Part shown: piece by piece, positions 54,925-61,197 of the stretch | How positions within the stretch are numbered: the first letter of the stretch is position 1 | How the letters are laid out: each line of letters starts with the position of its first letter | Sequence record: PQ471516.1 | Reading direction: 5' to 3' (one strand) | Length of the DNA: 64,000 nucleotides | Made by a program: the position numbers and the translations under genes | The notes under the pieces: model-generated | What the model saw: only the letters and a program-made list of their open reading frames with translations | What the model was told of the DNA's origin: nothing | The model's database searches: none

Positions 54925-55296
54925 TTGAGAAATACATTAATTAAAGTTAATTTATCACATTTCGATCCATACCAGAAATATGAAGAAAGTAAAAGGTATA
55001 ATATTAATGATGATTTCACAATATATTTCAATAGAACATACAGCACAATCATCATTACTATTTGTGATCATATAAAAATTTGTATAACAAAAGATATAAT
55101 AACTTTGTACATTCAAAACAAAGAAACTGATATACCAACAGATTTGGATGAAGATGCATATGCTCAAGACGAATTCGTGAGAGATCACTTGTTGATTGAG
55201 TACGATACTTATGCATTGATTAATTTCTACAAAGTAAATTACATTAAGTGGTTGTCTGGTGAAAGTGATGATGGTGTAATAGAGTGGAGCATTTAA
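54925..55296 (+). CDS. hypothetical protein
   Basis: TTG start with SD GAGG; weak FFQ-family similarity. Confidence 0.5.
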   Translation: MRNTLIKVNLSHFDPYQKYEESKRYNINDDFTIYFNRTYSTIIITICDHIKICITKDIITLYIQNKETDIPTDLDEDAYAQDEFVRDHLLIEYDTYALINFYKVNYIKWLSGESDDGVIEWSI

Positions 55297-55297
55297 T

Positions 55298-55423
55298 ATG
55301 AATATAATTATGTTAGAAGAAGATTGGGGTGTTTCTGAACAAGGAACCGACGAGTACAAAGAGCCAGAATACAAGCCTAAAGGCTTCTGGGAACGTCTCT
55401 TTGACTGGTTGATGGGGGAGTGA
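55298..55423 (+). CDS. 41 aa hypothetical peptide (absent from supplied ORF track)
   Basis: SD GGAG; ends GFWERLFDWLMGE, stop overlaps next start. Confidence 0.45.
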   Translation: MNIIMLEEDWGVSEQGTDEYKEPEYKPKGFWERLFDWLMGE

Positions 55424-55608
55424 TGGAATATACGATATGTGCTGTCATTTGTATCTTAGCTTTAATCGGTGGTGTTAGTGTGATGGTGTATTGTGATGCA
55501 GAACCCAGTACTGAAATTGGTATCAGAACAAATGCCAAGCCAGGGTTGAAAATCAATGAGAAGTACTGCTATAATATCAGAACTAACTCCTATGACATTT
55601 GCCTATAA
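55423..55608 (+). CDS. small membrane-anchored protein
   Basis: N-terminal hydrophobic helix. Confidence 0.5.
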   Translation: MEYTICAVICILALIGGVSVMVYCDAEPSTEIGIRTNAKPGLKINEKYCYNIRTNSYDICL

Positions 55609-55617
55609 GGAAACATT

Positions 55618-56730
55618 ATGAAAAAATATCTCGTGGGTGGATTCGTCCGCGACCGACTACTGGGCTTACGTGCTAAAGACAAAGATTATGTCATTGTCAG
55701 TGCGTCTGAATCTGATATTAAGTACTTGAAAAGTATTGGGTACAAACAAGTCGGTATTGATTTCCCTGTATTCTTGAGTCCAGAGGGAAATGAATATGCA
55801 TTAGCCAGGACTGAACGTAAAGTCGGTGTAGGCTACAATGGCTTTGAAGTTAATACTAAAGGTGTAACCTTAGAAGAAGACTTATATCGCCGTGACCTCA
55901 CCATCAATGCTATTGCATACGATCCAGTACTGCAAATTCACATCGACCCATACGGTGGGAAAGATGATATTAAGAATAAAGTACTGCGTCACGTTTCAGA
56001 GCATTTCAAAGAAGACCCATTACGTGTTCTTCGTCTTGCACGCTTTGCAACACGATATAATGACTTTACAATTCACGAAAGTACTGTTACAATGTGCACT
56101 GAAATGGTTAGTACTGGTGAGTTGAATCATCTTGTACCAGACCGTGTGTATGTTGAATTTGAAAAAGCATTCTCTGAAGAGAAACCTGCCAAGTTCCTGA
56201 AAACACTGGCTAATTTCGGCTATTATGAAAAAGCATTTACTAAAACACTAACCCGTAAGGTATTAGAATTGGTTGATAATATTTCAGATAATTGTACAGA
56301 AGCATATAAGCCATATTTCATTTGGAGTGCACTTCTCGAAACAGAAGAAGTAAATAAAGACTCAGTACTGAACGAATCAATTAAAATGCCCGTTAAGTAC
56401 GTGAAGTTTAGCAATTATGTAAAACGATTCCGTGATGATATCAAGACATTCCGTAAGAAAACACCTGAAGAGATGGGTGCGTTGTTACTGGAAATGAACA
56501 TTCGAAATAACGGTGGGGAAGAATTCCTGTACAAAGTGCTGGAGTACTTTATTCTTCGTCGTGAAATCGACCTTGAACTTGAAGATTTGATTATTAAGGT
56601 GTATGATCGTTACACCGATACTGTATTACCTGATATTGAAGAAATGGTTAAAGACGGTTCTCTGGACAAGAAAGATATTCGTGACTTTGTACAAGGTTTG
56701 CGTATTACTGAAATCCAGAAAATGTTCTGA
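55618..56730 (+). CDS. cca: tRNA nucleotidyltransferase (CCA-adding enzyme, class II)
   Basis: YLVGGFVRD.LLG....DKDY, EYALARTE.K, EDL.RRDLTINA, EDPLR.LR.ARF. Confidence 0.93.
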   Translation: MKKYLVGGFVRDRLLGLRAKDKDYVIVSASESDIKYLKSIGYKQVGIDFPVFLSPEGNEYALARTERKVGVGYNGFEVNTKGVTLEEDLYRRDLTINAIAYDPVLQIHIDPYGGKDDIKNKVLRHVSEHFKEDPLRVLRLARFATRYNDFTIHESTVTMCTEMVSTGELNHLVPDRVYVEFEKAFSEEKPAKFLKTLANFGYYEKAFTKTLTRKVLELVDNISDNCTEAYKPYFIWSALLETEEVNKDSVLNESIKMPVKYVKFSNYVKRFRDDIKTFRKKTPEEMGALLLEMNIRNNGGEEFLYKVLEYFILRREIDLELEDLIIKVYDRYTDTVLPDIEEMVKDGSLDKKDIRDFVQGLRITEIQKMF

Positions 56731-56736
56731 AATCAT

Positions 56737-56764
56737 TGGACAAATCTTCAAGTACTGATATAAT
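56737..56764 (+). promoter_or_regulatory. sigma70-type promoter
   Basis: TGGACA-N16-TATAAT with extended TG. Confidence 0.7.
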
Positions 56765-56806
56765 TAATGGTATCTGAACATCATATGATGAAAACGAGAT
56801 AAGATT

Positions 56807-57239
56807 ATGCGTTATAGTTGTGGTATAATATTTTATCGTGATGGTCAGATACTTGTTGGTCATACAACACGGACAACAGCACTGGGATTTACCTAAAGGT
56901 AAAACTGAAGGTGATGAAACATTCAAAGAAGCTGCGGTTCGTGAGTGTTATGAAGAGACAGGATTCCAAATCAATGAAGATGATTTACTTCTTCTTGGTG
57001 ATGTTTCTTATAGAAAGGGTAAGAGATTAGTATTATTCTTTTATACTGCAAAGGATAAGCCAATCCCTTCAGAACTGGAATGTAAAAGCACTTATACCAA
57101 TCGATACGGTAGAAGTCATCCAGAACTGGATAAGTTCATGTACATTGATGTAGAAGATTGTCAAAAGTATTTGACTGAACGAATGTGTAATAGTATAATA
57201 AAGGCTGTTAAAGCTTTTCAAAGAAACAGAAGGAAATGA
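56807..57239 (+). CDS. nudE: Nudix hydrolase (T4 NudE-like) with an apparent +1 frameshift near 56867-56872
   Basis: ATG 56807 gives MRYSCGIIFYRDGQILVGHTT, +1 frame gives GQQHWDLPKG..E.DET.KEAAVRECYEETG; joined product matches T4 NudE SAGIIF...GRVTG...WDIPKG. Confidence 0.75.
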
Positions 57240-57490
57240 ATATGAAAGTTAAAATTTATGGTCGTAAGACTGGCTGTAAGTTCTGTGATACTGCGAAGCA
57301 AGTATGTGAAGCGAACAAATTTGATATGGAATTCATTGATATCGCTGAAGCGGGTATCGATGGTGTTAAACTGGCAGAAATCTGTGGTCAAGCAGTTCGC
57401 CAAGTTCCACAAATCTTTGTAAACGAAGAATACGTACCAGGTGGTTGTACTGGTTTTATCGATGGTCTACGTGAAGGTCGCTGGAATTAA
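57236..57490 (+). CDS. glutaredoxin
   Basis: GCKFC dithiol, VPQIFV, GG motif. Confidence 0.9.
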   Translation: MNMKVKIYGRKTGCKFCDTAKQVCEANKFDMEFIDIAEAGIDGVKLAEICGQAVRQVPQIFVNEEYVPGGCTGFIDGLREGRWN

Positions 57491-57732
57491 TGAATATTGA
57501 TAAAGTATCATTACGTGCTAAACAATTAGCAGAACAATTTGGTATTGAGTTTAAAGTACCAGATATTAAGGCTGCTCAAGAACAAGCACAACGTAAGATT
57601 CACAAATTGAAAGAGTATACTTCCAATAAAGAGAAGTATGATGAAGCTATCGCACGCATTGTTGAGTCATTCAGTAAAGATGATATTTTGGCATTCTTAG
57701 ATTCTGTAGCGGTTTCTAAAAACCCTAAATAA
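57490..57732 (+). CDS. hypothetical protein
   Basis: stop/start overlap with glutaredoxin. Confidence 0.6.
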   Translation: MNIDKVSLRAKQLAEQFGIEFKVPDIKAAQEQAQRKIHKLKEYTSNKEKYDEAIARIVESFSKDDILAFLDSVAVSKNPK

Positions 57733-57777
57733 TATTGAAGAACACAAGTTCTTCGTAACAATTTGGGAGATACTATT

Positions 57778-58017
57778 ATGCTCAGTTTTCGTGAACAATT
57801 AGCAAAAGGCAATTTCGCTGCTCAAGCTCAAACCAAAATTCCTAAAAAGTCAGCTTTCTTAGGGACGATTACAGAATATGGTTATTGTGATTTTAATGCA
57901 CCAGAAGATACGTGGTACATTGAAAAAGACACAAAACGTAGTAGTAGACTTCACAAAAGTACTGTCGCTAGAAAACAGCGTAAAGAATTAAAACGTATAC
58001 GTTTTGGTGAAGAATAA
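57778..58017 (+). CDS. hypothetical basic protein
   Basis: SD GGGAG before ATG 57778. Confidence 0.55.
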   Translation: MLSFREQLAKGNFAAQAQTKIPKKSAFLGTITEYGYCDFNAPEDTWYIEKDTKRSSRLHKSTVARKQRKELKRIRFGEE

Positions 58018-58024
58018 TAAAATT

Positions 58025-58054
58025 AAGGACTCTTACAAGGAGTCCTTTCTTTTC
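58025..58054 (+). terminator. Rho-independent terminator
   Basis: AAGGACTC / GAGTCCTT then T-rich. Confidence 0.75.
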
Positions 58055-58064
58055 GGGGTATAAA

Positions 58065-58541
58065 ATGATACACGAACATATTGGTAATCTGTTTGAATTA
58101 TTCAGTACTGTAACAAATGATGACGGTGTATTGCACATCATCGCTCATGGTTGTAATGCTCAAGGTAAGATGGGTTCTGGTTTTGCAAAAGAATTACGAA
58201 ATCGTTACCCAATGGCCTACGATGATTACAAGAAGTATGAAAAGGAAATGGGATTTTTACGAACTGGTCAAATTTCCTATTCTGCCATCAATGATGATTT
58301 GATTATTGCAAACTGTATTACCCAAAAATGGTATGGTACTGATGGTGCAAAATACGTAAGTTATGATGCAATTGACGAAGTATTTCATAAACTAAATATG
58401 TTCTGTAAAATTGAACGCAATGTTCATTTACACTTCCCGAAAATTGGAGCCGACTTAGGCGGTGGTAACTGGAACGTTATCAAAGAAATCATTGATCACA
58501 GGATGGTTAATGCAGAAAAACACTTATATATTTTGAAATAA
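58065..58541 (+). CDS. macrodomain (ADP-ribose glycohydrolase-like) protein
   Basis: GNLF, IAHGCNAQGKMGSGFA, IAN..TQ, HFPKIGA.LGGGNW. Confidence 0.88.
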   Translation: MIHEHIGNLFELFSTVTNDDGVLHIIAHGCNAQGKMGSGFAKELRNRYPMAYDDYKKYEKEMGFLRTGQISYSAINDDLIIANCITQKWYGTDGAKYVSYDAIDEVFHKLNMFCKIERNVHLHFPKIGADLGGGNWNVIKEIIDHRMVNAEKHLYILK

Positions 58542-58554
58542 CATACAAAAGGAA

Positions 58555-58872
58555 TTGACAAAAATGACTATGACCGTTAAACTACTAAACATCAACAGCA
58601 TTGGCCCAGTACTAGCAGTTCTACAAAACGATGCACCAGAAGCAGTAGTTGTGAACTATCCAGCACAACTAGGCACTGATGAGAAAGGTGAAATCATTCT
58701 ACGTGATTACCTAGAGTTTGTAAGTTCTGAAAAAGGTGTTATTTTCTATAAATCTAACATCATTAGTATTAGCGATGCTAACCCAGCACTAGTTGATGCA
58801 TACGTAGAAGCAATTAAAGCAATTGAAGAAACTCCACGAGTCTTCGTTCCAGAAAACAAAATTATCGTATAA
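58555..58872 (+). CDS. hypothetical protein
   Basis: SD AAGGA. Confidence 0.6.
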   Translation: MTKMTMTVKLLNINSIGPVLAVLQNDAPEAVVVNYPAQLGTDEKGEIILRDYLEFVSSEKGVIFYKSNIISISDANPALVDAYVEAIKAIEETPRVFVPENKIIV

Positions 58873-58884
58873 TAGAGGTATATA

Positions 58885-59262
58885 ATGGCTGCTAATGAAA
58901 CTAAAGTTGAAACTATCCAAGCAATCGTAGTACTGAAAGGTACTGTCCCATCACCAGCGGAATTGGTTATGGCTGGAATGACTATGCTACACCAGTACAA
59001 TCCAGCATCACCTAACTATGTTCAAGATTATGAGGCAAAGGAATTCAATAAACATTGGCAGTCATGGTTATCTGACAACGAAGCAAAACAAGTTGTCTTT
59101 GAAGCAGATGATATTTTTGAACTAGAACAGATTGAGTTCTTGGCATCACAGCAATCTGTTCCATTGAGTAACTTCGGTAATGGTGAAGAGGTTCTAGTAC
59201 TTGGACCATTCAGTAAAGGTGAAATCATTCATCTACTATCAAACTGCTCCGAAGTAAAGTAA
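58885..59262 (+). CDS. degenerate PTH2-fold protein
   Basis: QAIVV, W......KQVV, L...A....P, LVLGP pattern; catalytic residues not evident. Confidence 0.45.
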   Translation: MAANETKVETIQAIVVLKGTVPSPAELVMAGMTMLHQYNPASPNYVQDYEAKEFNKHWQSWLSDNEAKQVVFEADDIFELEQIEFLASQQSVPLSNFGNGEEVLVLGPFSKGEIIHLLSNCSEVK

Positions 59263-59321
59263 TCTAATAAACATCCAGCACCTCTAAATAATGTATATAA
59301 ACATTAATGAGGTGCTTTTTT

Positions 59322-60113
59322 ATGTCTTACGATTATATGGGTGGAAACCCTGATGCTCCGAATTTTGATCACAGAGAAAAACTGAAAGATGTGGTCACAC
59401 AAATGTTAGGTGCAGGTGCAGTTGAAGTTGAAATCACTGATGGTCAACTAGAAATTGCAATTGATAATGCTGTTGCTAACTACCGTGCATGGAGTTCAGC
59501 TTCTAAAGAAGAAGCATTTTTAAATATGAAATTTTACGATTCTCAGTCGGTCTATATGCTACCAACAGAAGTAGAAATCGTAAAACAAATCTACCGTTAT
59601 GGTAATGGTTATTTGAGTTCAGGTAGTGGTAACTCCGTTGACCCATTCTCACTTGCATTCACTAACTCATATTTGCTAACATCTGCTCGTAACGCAGGTG
59701 GTTATGACTTAACTACTTATGACTTCAGTTTCCAGTTCCAAGAACTAGTGGGTCGTATGTTTGGTCGTGAAATTATATTTCAATTTAACCCAATGACTAA
59801 GAAACTAGTTATTGACCGTGATATTCGCGGTACTGAAGAAGTACTGTTACACGTTTATCACAACATCCCTGAACCGCTCCTATTCATGCGTCAGATGAGC
59901 TATCCGTGGCTTCGTGACTGGACACTATCTGAAGCTATGATTATGCTTGGTCGTAACCGTGCGAAGTTTGCTACGCTACCAGGACCACAAGGGACATTCT
60001 CAATGGATGGTGATACACTACGTAATGAAGGTCTTCAACTACAAGAACAGTTGAAAGAACGTTTGAAACGTTACGAAGATGGTGCAGATCCACTAGGTAT
60101 GATTATCGGCTAA
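59322..60113 (+). CDS. neck protein (T4 gp13-like)
   Basis: LGA..VEVEITD.QL..AI..A, W.....L...M..LG.NR.K....LPG; SD GAGG before ATG 59322; TAAATA at 59285. Confidence 0.7.
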   Translation: MSYDYMGGNPDAPNFDHREKLKDVVTQMLGAGAVEVEITDGQLEIAIDNAVANYRAWSSASKEEAFLNMKFYDSQSVYMLPTEVEIVKQIYRYGNGYLSSGSGNSVDPFSLAFTNSYLLTSARNAGGYDLTTYDFSFQFQELVGRMFGREIIFQFNPMTKKLVIDRDIRGTEEVLLHVYHNIPEPLLFMRQMSYPWLRDWTLSEAMIMLGRNRAKFATLPGPQGTFSMDGDTLRNEGLQLQEQLKERLKRYEDGADPLGMIIG

Positions 60114-60115
60114 TA

Positions 60116-60143
60116 AAAAAGACTCCTTTATGGGGTCTTTTTT
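60116..60143 (+). terminator. Rho-independent terminator
   Basis: AAAAAGACTCC-TTTAT-GGGGTCTTTTT. Confidence 0.85.
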
Positions 60144-60188
60144 CATATGTGGTGATATAATGTTTTTAAGTGAATTGAGGAATTTAAA

Positions 60189-60449
60189 ATGGGAACACAA
60201 AATTACAGAATTAACAAATGTTATGACACATTCAAAGGTTCAGAAAGAATGTGGGAATTTGTCAAAACAGCACTTACTGACGTATTTGATAAAGAACGTT
60301 TGCATGTGTGGTGTAGCATTTATCGTTGTAATGATGTAACCAAATATGCAGTTTACTTAAGATTATTTGATGATGATGAGATTTTGAAGATTATGGTCGA
60401 ATCAGCAGTTGGTAAAATTTTAAATGTATCAAAAGACACGGATGATTGA
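60189..60449 (+). CDS. hypothetical protein
   Basis: SD GAGGA. Confidence 0.55.
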   Translation: MGTQNYRINKCYDTFKGSERMWEFVKTALTDVFDKERLHVWCSIYRCNDVTKYAVYLRLFDDDEILKIMVESAVGKILNVSKDTDD

Positions 60450-60476
60450 TACAGTACTGAATTACATGGAGAAAAT

Positions 60477-61109
60477 ATGAAAAGGAAAATCGTAGCAGTT
60501 AATGGTACAATCGGTAGTGGTAAGAATGCATTCTCTGAACCATTCATCGATAATGGATTTACACAAATGTCTTTTGCAAAGAATCTCAAGGATTCAGTTG
60601 CAGCTATCTTTGGTTGGGATCGTGAAATGCTGGAAGGTATTACCAAAGAAAGTCGTGCTATCCGTGAAATTCCAGATGCGTACTGGTGTAAAAAACTAGG
60701 TCGTGATGATGTATCACCGCGTTGGGTACTTCAATATTACGGTACTGACGTAGTTCGTCGTTATCTTGACAACAATATTTGGGTATACAGTTTAGAGAAA
60801 TCAATGCAAGACATTAAAGGTGATATTATCATAAGTGATTGTCGTTTCCCAAATGAATTAACGATGATTCGTGAAAATGGTGGTGTTGTTATTGAAGTAC
60901 AACGAGAATTACCAGAATGGTATAATGATGCATATCGTTATAATGTTCGTGGTGGTGATTTACCAGAGGCACTAAAAACTATTCACCCTTCAGAGTGGGC
61001 TTGGATTGGTATTAATAAACCAGATTATGTGGTTCAGAATAACAGTACCTTAGAAGAACTGAATAAACAAGCAGAATGGATTATTCACGGTATCAAAGAC
61101 AAAAACTGA
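60477..61109 (+). CDS. deoxynucleoside monophosphate kinase (T4 gp1-like)
   Basis: GTIGSGK, SFA..LKD, PR.VLQ.YGTD..R, ISDCRFPNE. Confidence 0.9.
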   Translation: MKRKIVAVNGTIGSGKNAFSEPFIDNGFTQMSFAKNLKDSVAAIFGWDREMLEGITKESRAIREIPDAYWCKKLGRDDVSPRWVLQYYGTDVVRRYLDNNIWVYSLEKSMQDIKGDIIISDCRFPNELTMIRENGGVVIEVQRELPEWYNDAYRYNVRGGDLPEALKTIHPSEWAWIGINKPDYVVQNNSTLEELNKQAEWIIHGIKDKN

Positions 61110-61141
61110 TCACTTTCAATAGCTAACTTTATATCCTCCAA

Positions 61142-61147
61142 TAAATA
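61142..61147 (+). promoter_or_regulatory. putative T4-like late promoter (TAAATA)
   Basis: AATAAATA about 50 nt upstream of sheath gene. Confidence 0.45.
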
Positions 61148-61197
61148 AGACTATACGAATATATTTCGAATAACCAATTATTTTTGGAGGATTTAAT

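Noticed and set aside
13933-60143. Terminators sharing (T)TTAT or CTAGT loops as a dispersed repeat family
   Set aside because: Similarity is limited to short stems and loops expected for terminators of one genome
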